Assembly (NCBI GenBank): GCA_963761995.1
Contig: CAVXIU010000003.1
Coordinates: 8,612 to 72,611, forward strand
DNA length: 64,000 nucleotides
Direction: 5' to 3'
DNA from: an uncultured delta proteobacterium
Lineage (GTDB): Bacteria; Desulfobacterota; Binatia; UTPRO1
Shown: positions 10,148 to 20,109 of the stretch, one piece after another
Layout: every line of letters begins with the position of its first letter
Position numbering within the stretch: position 1 is the first letter of the stretch
Program-made: the position numbers and the translations under genes
The notes under the pieces: generated by a model
The model's input: the letters and a program-made list of their open reading frames with translations, nothing else
The model's database searches: none
Told to the model about the DNA's origin: nothing

Positions 10148-10500
10148 CGCTGTAACACCCCCTCAGTGTCGGCGTGCCGCCGAAGTGCTCGACGGCGACC
10201 GCCGCCGCGCGGTGTGCGTCAAACGACCGACATGAGAACACGGCGATGAAACAGCGGCCCGAGACCTCGTCGGCATGGACGGTGATCGAGCTGGTCTCGA
10301 TGAATTGCATCGCGGACCAACCCTCGAGCTCGCCGTCGCCGAACCGCTCGTGCGCCAGCGCGCCGTGGGCCTGCATCGCGATGGCGAGGATCAGCGCGGG
10401 CACGAACATGCGGATGCTGTCGGGGTTCTCCAGCCGTTGGAGCGCGCAGCCGTGCAGATCGATCGCCGCAAGCATGCCCCAGGGCGCATAGGTCTCGCCT
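10144..10500 (-). pseudogene. S-adenosylmethionine decarboxylase-like proenzyme, frameshifted near its 3' end
   Basis: IDLHGC...SAMQFIETSSITVH...VFSCRSFD; natural VLQR-stop end is out of frame at a G run; start unclear. Confidence 0.65.
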
Positions 10501-10678
10501 GGGTTGGAAGCGGGAATGGCGCGCTGCCTGCTGGCCTCGGTGCGAAGTGCCTCGGTTATGTTGCAGGCCCGTTCAACCAGCACTGGTCGGCAGGTGTTGC
10601 GCCAGGGACCTGACCGCCACGGTGGCGCGGTGCGGGACCGATCGAACTGCGCGCCGGCATCGAGCGACCCTAAATTTC

Positions 10679-11530
10679 TCACTTGCGGCCCAGTGCCGAG
10701 AGCGCAGGGGAGGGAGCGAACGGATGGCGTGAGAAGAAGGCGGTCAGAGCCTTCGTCATGGCGCCGGGATTCTGCACGTGCAGCAGGTGCGTCGCGTCGG
10801 GAAGCTCGAAGGCCTCGACGTTCGGCAGCCAGTCGAGCAGGAGGTCGCGTCGTTCGCGGAACACGGGGATGCTGTGCTCTCCGAGGACGGCGAGCGCCGG
10901 CGAGGCGATGCGAGCGGCTTCCTGTCGGCCGAATGACCACTGCAGCACCGCGGGCAGTTCCTGGCCGAAGAACGTCTCAGCGTCGGCCACAGCCTGGTCG
11001 ACGGCGCCCGGGAGCGCCTGCTCGAGCGCGGCGCGGTAGTCGGGCCCGCAGACACCGCGCATCCAGGTGTCGACGGCCCTCGCCTTGTCGCCCGCGCGGA
11101 AGCGCTCAAGCGCAGGCTCGACGACCGTTGTCACCATCTCCGCATGCAGGGGGCTAGGCGCTGCGGGCCGGGCCGCGTCCAGCAGCGCAAGGGATTGCAC
11201 GGCGTCGGGGGCGTCCAGTGCCAGCTGGAGCGCCATGCTCGCGCTCGAGGAGTGGCCCACGACGTGCGCGCGCTCGATCCCGAGGTGGCTCATCAGCGCC
11301 CGGCAGTGCTTCGCCTGCTGCGCGAAGCCGACCGCACCCGGCAGGGCGCCACTTCCTGCGTAGCCCGTACGGTGGTAGCGGAGCACGGTGTAGCGGTCGG
11401 TGAGCGCGCGCTGCTCGATCAGTGGCCGGAAGAAGTCGGCGCAGACGCCTGCGTGTATGAGCACGACCGGCTCGCCGGAACCGCAGATCTCGTACTCGAG
11501 CTCGATGCCGTCGATGGGTGCCCGCTGCAT
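10679..11530 (-). CDS. Alpha/beta hydrolase
   Basis: GEPVVLIH, nucleophile elbow GHSSS, C-terminal ATHLLH. Confidence 0.88.
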   Translation of the reverse strand: MQRAPIDGIELEYEICGSGEPVVLIHAGVCADFFRPLIEQRALTDRYTVLRYHRTGYAGSGALPGAVGFAQQAKHCRALMSHLGIERAHVVGHSSSASMALQLALDAPDAVQSLALLDAARPAAPSPLHAEMVTTVVEPALERFRAGDKARAVDTWMRGVCGPDYRAALEQALPGAVDQAVADAETFFGQELPAVLQWSFGRQEAARIASPALAVLGEHSIPVFRERRDLLLDWLPNVEAFELPDATHLLHVQNPGAMTKALTAFFSRHPFAPSPALSALGRK

Positions 11531-11594
11531 CTGCCTCAGTCCTCGTTCGCGTCGACGGTTACCTGTCGGCATCGCGAGCCCCGCCATCTCTCCG

Positions 11595-12434
11595 CTACCG
11601 ACGCTCGATTACCTCATGGATGAAGGCGATCACCTCGGGTGCCGCTGGGTTGATCAGGTGGCCACCGCTGACCAGCGCGGTGCGCGCGTTGGGGAGGACG
11701 GCTGCCATCGCTGTGGTCGGCTCGCGGAGCTCGGGCCGCGAATCGGTTGCCGCCACCAGCAGCGCGGGCTGCTCGATGGTGGCGAGCGTGGCGGCGTCGG
11801 CCGGTATCCACCACTCGCCTTGCAGCTCGGCCAGGATCGCCGGGCCGTTCTCGGTCAGGATCCGCCGAAGCTCCTCCGGGAACGAGTCCCACGCACCGTC
11901 CCCGAGCACTTCGCCGATGAGCGCCTCGGCAACCACGTCGACACCCGCCTGCGCTGCCACCTTGCGCAGGTGGTCGGCCAGCGCATCCACCCATTCGGCC
12001 GTCGCCGGCGCGAGTTCGCGCGACGCATCGCCCTCGAGCACGACCAACGCACGCACCCGCTCGGGATAGCGCAGCGCAAGGTCGATCGCCACCGTGCCGC
12101 CGTAGCTGCGGCCGATGACCACCGCCGGAGCGGCCGCCAGCGCGTCGAGCAGGGCGGCCGCGTCGTCGGCATGCTCGGCAACGCTGGTGCGGTCGTAGGG
12201 TGCCGGGCGCTCACTGCGCGTGCAGCCGCGACGGTCGTAGGAGATCACGCACCCGACTCGGGCCAGCTGCCCGACCGCGTCGCTCCACACCAGTGCTGAG
12301 CTGCCGGCCCCGTGAATGCAAAGTATCGGGGCGCCGCTCCCGTGCTCCTCACAGTAAAGCCGCACGCCATTCACCGTGAGCGTCCTACCTTTTTCACGGT
12401 GAAGGTCAGATGTGACTGTCGGTGTCGCCGGCAT
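11595..12434 (-). CDS. Alpha/beta hydrolase
   Basis: CIHGAG, YDRRG, GRSYGG, GGHL. Confidence 0.88.
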   Translation of the reverse strand: MPATPTVTSDLHREKGRTLTVNGVRLYCEEHGSGAPILCIHGAGSSALVWSDAVGQLARVGCVISYDRRGCTRSERPAPYDRTSVAEHADDAAALLDALAAAPAVVIGRSYGGTVAIDLALRYPERVRALVVLEGDASRELAPATAEWVDALADHLRKVAAQAGVDVVAEALIGEVLGDGAWDSFPEELRRILTENGPAILAELQGEWWIPADAATLATIEQPALLVAATDSRPELREPTTAMAAVLPNARTALVSGGHLINPAAPEVIAFIHEVIERR

Positions 12435-12527
12435 GGGGTACCTCCCGATGGTTGACGCGCGCGAGACGCTACGCCTGCGCTTCGCCTCCGTCATCGGGAG
12501 AACTCCCCATCCTGCGGCTGGGCGCCG

Positions 12528-14093
12528 TTAGTCGGCCAGGTCGTGCTGCATCGCGAACAGCGTGGCCCCAACGCGGGTTGAGACGCCGAGCTTGGCGTAG
12601 ATGTGCTCGACGTGGTGGCCCGCGGTCTTCTCCGTGATCACGAGCGCGTAGGCGATCTGCCTGCTCGTGCGACCCTGGGCGAGGAGGCGCAGGACCTCGA
12701 CCTCACGGTCACTGAGCCCGGCTGGGTGACCCTGACGCACGTTCAGCGCTACCGCGCCCGCCGCCTCGAGTACGGCGTCGACCGTCCGCTTCTCGAGCGC
12801 CCCGGTTCGGACCATCTCGCCGAGCTCCGTGCGAGCATCCTCCGGGCGCAGCGCTCGCCGGTGCGGACGATCATGGGTCATCGCGTCACAGATGTCGGCG
12901 GCGGCCAGGACGCGTGCCCCGACGCTCAGCTGCGCGGCCGTGGCTCCTCGGTGGTAGCCGGAGCCGTCGAGTCGCTCGTGATGGCAGCCGGCGAGCAGGG
13001 CCAGCGGCGCGAGCGCGCCAGAGCGCTCGAGCACGCGCTCCGTGTAGTAGGGATGAAGGCGAACGCGCTCCCGCTCGCCGACGCTCAGCGGCCCGGGCTT
13101 GTCCCAGATCCCGTTCGGCACCGCGACCCTGCCGACATCATGGAAGAACCCCGCGTTACGGACGTCCGAAACCTCGGCCTGCGAGCAGCCGAGCGCCTCG
13201 GCTGCCGCCGCGGCGAGGTCGGCCACGCGAGCGGAATGCCCGCGCAGGAAGCCGACCTTGATATCGGTGAACTCGCCGAAAGCCTGCGCCACCGACGCCA
13301 GCCCTGGCCGTGAGATCGTCGCGACCGGCTGCGGCTCGACGTCGAGGATCCGCTCCCACGCGTCGGGAACGTCCGCCGCCCGCTGCAGCGCCTCGGGCTC
13401 GGCGAGTGCAGCATCGACGATCTCCGGGTCATAGCCATGATCGCGACGCCCCGTGAGCGCCTCGATCGCCGTCTCGCGATCGCGCGCCTCGGTGATCGCG
13501 ACAAAGTCGTGAACGACGCGAACGACACGCAACGGCCGGGATATCTCCTCGCCGGCCAGCTTCCCGGGCACCCCCTTGCCGTCCCAGCGCTCCGTCACCT
13601 GTCCGAGCGCGCGCTCCACCTCGTCGGGGAGATGCAGGCGCCGCGCGAGCAGCCTGCCGCCTTCGCAGAGATTCGCGGCCGCGTGCTCGAACTGCTTCTG
13701 GCCCGTGACGAGCATCTTCGCGACCCGGCGCGCGCGTTCGGGTAGCGGCCTGTCGTCCGCGAACCGGCTCACGAGATGCCGCAAATCTTCGCGCGGCTCG
13801 GAAGCCGGCCCCGTGACGCTCGCGCCGCGCTGGAAGTGGATCTCGTCACCGCCCACCCAGCTCGCGAAGTACGGGGCGGCCGCGGTGCAGCCCACGTGGA
13901 TCAGCAGAGCGACGTAGTAGACCTCCGAGCGCTCCTCGACGCTGCAGCCGAGCCGGTCCGCCAGCTCAAGCGCCGATAGGCACACCCCAAGCTCGTGCTC
14001 GAGCGGCTGGCCGAGCCCGAGATCGGTCGCCAGCGAAAGCGCCGCCATCAACTCCGCCAGGCGGATGTGATCGTCGGGGCGGGCTGCCGCCAC
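12528..14093 (-). CDS. Tandem HD-GYP phosphohydrolase domains fused to a LuxR HTH
   Basis: ERWDGKG, HDVG, HHERLDGSGYH, C-terminal LSDREVEVLRLL...HIYAKLG. Confidence 0.9.
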   Translation of the reverse strand: MAAARPDDHIRLAELMAALSLATDLGLGQPLEHELGVCLSALELADRLGCSVEERSEVYYVALLIHVGCTAAAPYFASWVGGDEIHFQRGASVTGPASEPREDLRHLVSRFADDRPLPERARRVAKMLVTGQKQFEHAAANLCEGGRLLARRLHLPDEVERALGQVTERWDGKGVPGKLAGEEISRPLRVVRVVHDFVAITEARDRETAIEALTGRRDHGYDPEIVDAALAEPEALQRAADVPDAWERILDVEPQPVATISRPGLASVAQAFGEFTDIKVGFLRGHSARVADLAAAAAEALGCSQAEVSDVRNAGFFHDVGRVAVPNGIWDKPGPLSVGERERVRLHPYYTERVLERSGALAPLALLAGCHHERLDGSGYHRGATAAQLSVGARVLAAADICDAMTHDRPHRRALRPEDARTELGEMVRTGALEKRTVDAVLEAAGAVALNVRQGHPAGLSDREVEVLRLLAQGRTSRQIAYALVITEKTAGHHVEHIYAKLGVSTRVGATLFAMQHDLAD

Positions 14094-14393
14094 CGCGCGA
14101 GTCTAGACCGGACGTCGCTCGGCCCGAGGAGGCGGCGTCGACGCAAGGACCCACGCCACGCTGCCGCCACTGCGAACACGCGAGCGTCCGGGCCAGCGCC
14201 CCCCGACGCTCGCTGTCGTGCGGATGCGGTCGTCTCCGCTGAGGCGCCGCGGACGATCGCCGTGGGCGAGGTCCGGGCGCGAGGAGAGGCGCGGCCCGAG
14301 TCGTTGTGACGATCGCATCGACCACCAGCGGTCGTGGCCACGAGCGAGCAGCGGGAGTAGTGGCCTGCTGCGGCTGACGCCGTTTCGGGTTGT

Positions 14394-15096
14394 TTAGAGC
14401 TGCAGGCCGGCGCTGGCGGACATCATCGGTGCGCGCCGGGCGTGGACGGTGGCGATGATCTCTTCGGTGTCGATGCCCTGCAGGTAGATCGAGGTGGTGC
14501 CGAGGTTGGCGTGGCCGAGTTGGCGCTGGATCACGTTGAGCGGGACGCCTTCGCGGGCGAGCTCGACGGCGTGGGCGTGGCGCAGCTGGTGCGGCGCGAA
14601 GCGGCGCCGGATGCCCGCTTGCGCGGCGAGCCGGCGGAACTCGACGCGCGCGTTGGCGCTCGACCACGGCCGTCCGCGGGTCGGGCCGTCGATGACGCAG
14701 AACAGCGGTCCGATCGGCAGTTCAACCCGGGCGTCCAGCCAGGGGCGCAGTTGCTCCCAGCCCCAGGTGTCCATGCCGATCTCGCGGCGGCGACCGCCCT
14801 TGCCGTTGCGCACCAGCAGTGAGCCGCGCCGGGCGTCAAGGTCGCGCTCACCCAGCCCGAGTGCTTCCTGGATGCGCAGCCCGCTGCGCCAGAGCACGAT
14901 GATCAGCGCGCGCAGCCTGAAGCCGTGTCGGTCGTCGCCGGTCTGGCGCATCACCGCAATGATCTCCTCCACGGTCGGCGGGTCGGCGGGATAGAGCCGC
15001 CCCTTGTTGCGGGGCGGGCGCCCGGCGTGATAGCCCGGCAGCGTCGCCGGCGAACGCCGCCTGCCGGCGGCATCGAGGACTGGTGAAAACGGTCAT
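14394..15096 (-). CDS. Minimal tyrosine recombinase (catalytic domain), one-base frameshift near the start
   Basis: R (SGLRIQE), K (GKGG), HQLRH, LGH, Y (TSIYL); RBS GGAGG and ATG at 15096 are one base out of frame at a TTTT run. Confidence 0.85.
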
Positions 15097-15343
15097 GGGA
15101 GCCCTCCTCCCAATCGCAGCGGGCAGAGCCCGGTGCCCTACCAGCGCTCGCGCGTCCAGCAAAGGGGAGCGGTCGGAGACCGGGATAGCTTCACCCGGGC
15201 GAAGCGGAAGTGCGTGACTCGTCGACCACAGGACTGAGTGTCGTCCAAGGAAGAAGCAACCGGCGGTCAGCCGAGATGCCTTCTTGCGCGCGGATGCGGG
15301 CGGGGCGACCGCGGGGCACTGTGAAGCAGTGCCCGGGCCGCCG

Positions 15344-16078
15344 TCATTCGGCGACCCGTACGCGATAAGGGCCGGCAAGGCGTGAGGCGGCTGTGCGGCG
15401 CTCCGGCGCCGAGCGGCTGGCTGGCGCGAATGCGCTCCAGGTGAACCACTGACCGAATCCGCGTTGCAGCGTCCGCGGGCCGTTCATCGTCAGCTGGCCG
15501 GCTCGGATCGCGCCGCCCAGATCGGCCCGTCCCAAGTAGACGCGGTACAGCGTGGCGGTGTCGACGATGACCTCGAGGTCGATGTCGAAACCGGGATGCT
15601 GGAGGCAGACTGAGACCTCGGAGGGCTCGAGGACCATCCAGTAGCGCCGCTTGGGGTCGAGAAAGGCGAACTGAACAACCGTTCGGTTGGGTGGGAGCCG
15701 CTGGCGATCGGCGTGGCGGGCCATCCAGACGATCAACAGGGAGGGATCGAGTTCCTCGGGGCGCGGCTCGGTGAACGACCACGTCGCCCCCCACTCGCCG
15801 ATCGCCTGCACGACCGGCTGGAGGTCACGCCCGGCGGGCGTGAGGCGATATTCGAGCGTGCGGCCTTTGGGGCCCGTCCTGCGCTCGATGACCTCGGCCC
15901 GCTCGAGCGCGCGCATGCGGTCGGTGAGGACCGAGCGCGAGATCCCTGGGAGGCCGCGTTGGAGCTCGTTGAAGCCGCTTGCGCCGCCGAGCATCTCGCG
16001 CACGATCAGAAGCGTCCAACGGTCTCCGAGGATCTCGGTGGCATGCGCGACCGGGCAGTACTGGTCGTAGCTGAACAT
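15344..16078 (-). CDS. HxlR family regulator with C-terminal SCP2-like domain
   Basis: YCPVA..LGDRWTLLIVRE, EYRLTPAG; divergent from the FAD oxidase. Confidence 0.9.
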   Translation of the reverse strand: MFSYDQYCPVAHATEILGDRWTLLIVREMLGGASGFNELQRGLPGISRSVLTDRMRALERAEVIERRTGPKGRTLEYRLTPAGRDLQPVVQAIGEWGATWSFTEPRPEELDPSLLIVWMARHADRQRLPPNRTVVQFAFLDPKRRYWMVLEPSEVSVCLQHPGFDIDLEVIVDTATLYRVYLGRADLGGAIRAGQLTMNGPRTLQRGFGQWFTWSAFAPASRSAPERRTAASRLAGPYRVRVAE

Positions 16079-16217
16079 CGCGCCACGATGCTAGCCGCGG
16101 GTCGGCCAGCAGGTCTCCAACAGGTCTGTTACTCGAACCGGTTGGTTCGAAAGCAGAACTATTCAACCCGGGCCGGCAAGCCTACGTTGCTCGCATCGCT
16201 ACAGGTGGGAGGACGAG

Positions 16218-17642
16218 ATGACCGCCATCCAGACATCACAGGCACCGCCCCTGGAGACGGTCGCGTTCGACGAGCTCGGCGGATCGTTGCGCGGCGAGCT
16301 GCTACTGCCGACCAGCCCCGGCTACGACACCGCCCGCAGGATCTGGAATGGCGCGGTCGACCGCCGTCCGGCCTGCATCGCCCGCTGCACGGGCGTGGCC
16401 GACGTGGTCGCGGCGATGCGCTTCGCGCGCGAGCGCGACTTGGAGATCGCCGTACGGGGCGGGGGCCACAACGTGGCCGGCACCGCGGTCTGCGACGACG
16501 GGGTCGTCATCGACCTCTCGGCGATGCGGGCCGTGTGGGTCGACCCCGCCGGCCGCACGGCCTGGGTGCAGGGCGGCGCTCTGTGGGGCGACGTCGACCA
16601 CGAGACGCAGGCCCACGGTCTGGCCACCACCGGCGGCATCATTGGCCACACCGGCGTCGCCGGGCTCACCCTCGGCGGCGGCATCGGCTTCCTCATGCGC
16701 AAACACGGACTCACCGTCGACAACCTGCTTGCCGCCGAGGTGGTCACCGCCGACGGCCGCATCGTCCGGGCGTCTGCCGACGAACACCCCGATCTGTTCT
16801 GGGCGCTGCGAGGCGGCGGCGGCAACTTCGGCGTCGTCACCTCTTTCCGGTTCGCTCTACACCCCGTCGGCCCGACCGTGCTGGCCGGGCCCGTCTTCTG
16901 GGCGGCCGAGGACACCACCGACGTGCTGCGCTTCTACCGCGACTTCGCCGCCGAAGCGCCCGAGGAGCTCGGCAGCGTCGTCAGGCTCGGCACCGTCCCG
17001 CCGCTGCCGGTCATCCCCGAGGACCTGCACTGGCGACCGGCGATCGCCGTCGCCTGCTGCTACGCCGGGGCCGTCGAAGACGGCGAGCGTGCGGTGCGGG
17101 ACCTCCGCCGGTTCGGGACACCGCTCGTCGACCTGCTCGCACCCTCACCGTACGCCGCCTTCCAGGGCGGCCTCGACGACACCGTCCTCCACGGATGGCA
17201 CTACTACTGGAAGGCGACCAACCTCGCCGGCCTCACCGACGACACCATCGCCGTCATCGCCGATCACGCCTACGCCGCCAACTCGCCCCGCTCGTACGCG
17301 GCGATGTTCCACATGGGTGGCGCCGTCGCCCGAGTCCCCCACGACGCCACGGCCTACGCCGGTCGCGACGTGACCCACAACATCATCATCGACGCCGTCT
17401 GGCTCCCCGACGAGTCCGGCAAGCACGCCGCGGCCGAGACCGCCTGGGCGCGGCGGTTCCTCCAAGCCCTCCAACCGCACCACGCCGGCAGCGTCTACGT
17501 CAACTTCCTCGACTCCGACGACGACCCCAGCCGGGTGCGAGAAGCCTACAGCGATCACACCTACCGGCGACTCGCCGAAGTCAAGGCCAAATACGACCCT
17601 GACAACGCCCTCCACCACAACAAGAACATCCAGCCCGCCTAA
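16218..17642 (+). CDS. FAD-linked oxidase (BBE-like)
   Basis: VRGGGHN, LRGGGGNFGVVT, YVNF, KYDPDN. Confidence 0.93.
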   Translation: MTAIQTSQAPPLETVAFDELGGSLRGELLLPTSPGYDTARRIWNGAVDRRPACIARCTGVADVVAAMRFARERDLEIAVRGGGHNVAGTAVCDDGVVIDLSAMRAVWVDPAGRTAWVQGGALWGDVDHETQAHGLATTGGIIGHTGVAGLTLGGGIGFLMRKHGLTVDNLLAAEVVTADGRIVRASADEHPDLFWALRGGGGNFGVVTSFRFALHPVGPTVLAGPVFWAAEDTTDVLRFYRDFAAEAPEELGSVVRLGTVPPLPVIPEDLHWRPAIAVACCYAGAVEDGERAVRDLRRFGTPLVDLLAPSPYAAFQGGLDDTVLHGWHYYWKATNLAGLTDDTIAVIADHAYAANSPRSYAAMFHMGGAVARVPHDATAYAGRDVTHNIIIDAVWLPDESGKHAAAETAWARRFLQALQPHHAGSVYVNFLDSDDDPSRVREAYSDHTYRRLAEVKAKYDPDNALHHNKNIQPA

Positions 17643-18139
17643 CGCCCGCGCCGCGCCGACCGGCGCGACGTGTTCGTGATGAACGCCGACGGCCCACACC
17701 CGCGTAGAGCTGACGAACGAAGCCGGCGTCGCTGGCGAACCAGAGTGGCGCCCCCCGCGCCCGGCCATCTCCGATCCCCGCACACCGGCACCCAGCGTCG
17801 CCTCCAGCCCAGACCACAAGCAAGCGACCGCGCCGCGAGCAGAGCGGGCACGCTCACCGATGCGCTCCTTGCTCTCGCTTCGGGACGAGCAGCAGGCGTC
17901 CGGCGCGACGCCGGCTTGGCTCCTCCTTCTCGTCCCGAGCGAGCGTCTCCTTTGTGGCCACCGACGCTGCCCGGCAGGAGCGAGCGTCTACGACGGCTGA
18001 CGAGGCGCGTCCGTTGCGCAACCAGTCGCCGCCATCGCGTCGGCTCGAGCTCGCCGCCGCCGCCCGCGACGCAAGGTCCGGCATCAGTCACATCGATGCG
18101 CGGTTGACGATCGCTCCTCGGCGAGGAGAGTGTGGGCGT

Positions 18140-19284
18140 GTGTTCCGGACCGCGGCAGCCTTCGCCTTGCTGGCGGCGGCCCTGGCCGTTCGGGCCGGGG
18201 CGCAGGCGCCCGGCCTGGTCCAGACGGGTGGCTTCGCGGGCGGCGACTCGCCGCGGATGGTCGGCCGCGCCGCCGTCTGCCTGAAGGGACGCTTGGACCG
18301 CGGTCGAGCCGGCCCGGTTTCGTGGTGGTTTGAGTATGGGCCGACGACGGGCTATGGCGCGCGGACGTCGCCGCGACCGAACGAACCGCCGGTTGACGAG
18401 CCGCTTGAGTGGGGTTGCGACATCGCGTCCGCAGACGTGCACGCGGATGTTCACGGGCTCGACTACGGGCAGACGTTCCACTACCGGCTCGTGGGCATGT
18501 TCGCCGACGGGAGGGTCGAGGCCGGCGACGACCGGACGTTCACGGTGCCGCACGCGCCCCTGCGGCCATCGCAGCGCGTGGCGTTTGAGCATCGACGGAC
18601 CCCGGGAGGCGCGACGATCCTGACGAACGTGCGCGTGCTCGACGCGCCGCGCGGGGCGACGGTCGTGATCGACCGCTGCGTGGGGACGGATTGCCGGGAG
18701 CTGGCGCGCGCGGGGATCCGGTCGCGCCGACAGGTCGTGCTGCGCCGGGTCACGCTGAAGCGCTTCCGACCCAAGCCCGGCGAGATCGTCATTCCGGAGT
18801 CGACCTTCCCGCCGTACCTCACGATCTCGGTCTCTCCCCCCGGAGACCAAGGGGTCGGCACGTCGACGACGGTCCGTCCACGCAGGTCGCGGCCGCCCGC
18901 GGTCCAGAGCGATTGCGTCCGCGCGTTCGTACGCAAGTGCGTCTCGCTGACGGCGACGGTGAGCGGCCCGCGGCTGCGACGACTCCTACTGGAGGACATC
19001 CTGCACGGCTCCACGGTCGCGATCGACTGTCGTGGCGGCGGATGTCCGCGCCGGCGCTTCTCGCGCGTCGTCCAGGTGCGGGCCGGGCGCGGCCCCTACC
19101 GGAGTCTGAGCTGTCCGACTACACGGGGTTGCGGCCCGGCGCCGTGATGAAGCTCTACATCACGCGTCCCGGCTCGTTCGGCGCGTACCGGGCGCTGCGC
19201 ATCACGCGCGCGAGCGTGCTGATCAGCGGCTACCGCTGCATCGCGCTCACGAGCCGGAGTCGTCTCGTGGCGTGCCCCGCGTAG
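18140..19284 (+). pseudogene. Secreted hypothetical protein, frameshift near 19105
   Basis: Signal-like AAAFALLAAALA, Fn3-like WFEYGPTTGYG...YRLV; continues in a second frame to 19284. Confidence 0.55.
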
Positions 19285-19308
19285 ATCTCAAGGTGGATGC
19301 CAGGCTGT

Positions 19309-20109
19309 TCACGGCGCCGCGGCGTGTGCGACGGCGGTTAGCGAGCCCGCATCGGTGCGTGCGAGCACCCGCACGATCGGCACGTCGAGCGCCGATTGGT
19401 AGGGCGCCAGTCTCTCCTGCATCTCCGGGTGGCTCGCTGCGACCACGCCGACGCTTCCGAGCGGAACGTTCATGGCCGCGAAGTGCTTGTGATGGTTCTT
19501 GTTGATGTTGCGGTACCGGCGTTCCTCGTCGCGGAGTCGCCGCAGCGAGCCGGAGCCGACGGCGACGCGCACGTATGAAGCGGCGATCGGGGCGGCACGC
19601 CCGCACTCCGCAGCTCCCTGCTGCACCCAGCGGCGCGCCGCTGTCAGCTGCTCGGGCAACATCCAGTTGAGGAGGACGCCGTCGGCTACCGAGCCAGCGA
19701 GACGGCACAAGCGGGGTCGCATGGCTGCGACGACGATGCGAGTGCCCGGCGGAAGGATCTCGCGGAGCTCGGCGACGGCGCGCCGTAGAGCGTCGATCTG
19801 CGGGTGTAGTTGGCCGGAGCCGATCCCGATCCAGAGCCTCGCGGGATCGATCCCGAGGCGGTCGATCTCGGTCACGATCTGGACCGGCTGATGCCGGTCG
19901 AGGGGAAGGACGCCGACGCCTAGCTCGAGTTGTGCTGCCCCGGCGGCGAGATGCGCGATCGTCTCGAGCCCGGAGGCGGCCGGCTCGTCGTTCGACCAGA
20001 GCGAGTGGTATCCGAGATCCTCGCAGCGGGCGGCCAGATCCCGGGCGAGTCCGGCTTCGAGGCCTGCGGTGATGCCCAGTCCCCGGGGTGTCGGCGTGGA
20101 GGGCATCAT
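19309..20109 (-). CDS. LLM-class flavin-dependent oxidoreductase
   Basis: GYHSLWSND, LGVGVLPL, ADGVLLNW; coupled to the P450 stop. Confidence 0.85.
   Translation of the reverse strand: MMPSTPTPRGLGITAGLEAGLARDLAARCEDLGYHSLWSNDEPAASGLETIAHLAAGAAQLELGVGVLPLDRHQPVQIVTEIDRLGIDPARLWIGIGSGQLHPQIDALRRAVAELREILPPGTRIVVAAMRPRLCRLAGSVADGVLLNWMLPEQLTAARRWVQQGAAECGRAAPIAASYVRVAVGSGSLRRLRDEERRYRNINKNHHKHFAAMNVPLGSVGVVAASHPEMQERLAPYQSALDVPIVRVLARTDAGSLTAVAHAAAP

Noticed and set aside
14394-15096. Classical integron integrase with attC sites
   Set aside because: Protein is too short and shows no IntI insertion; the sites lack RYYYAAC...GTTRRRY ends.
17665-17695. DVFVMNADG, a TolB-like repeat peptide
   Set aside because: Too short and without supporting ORF context.
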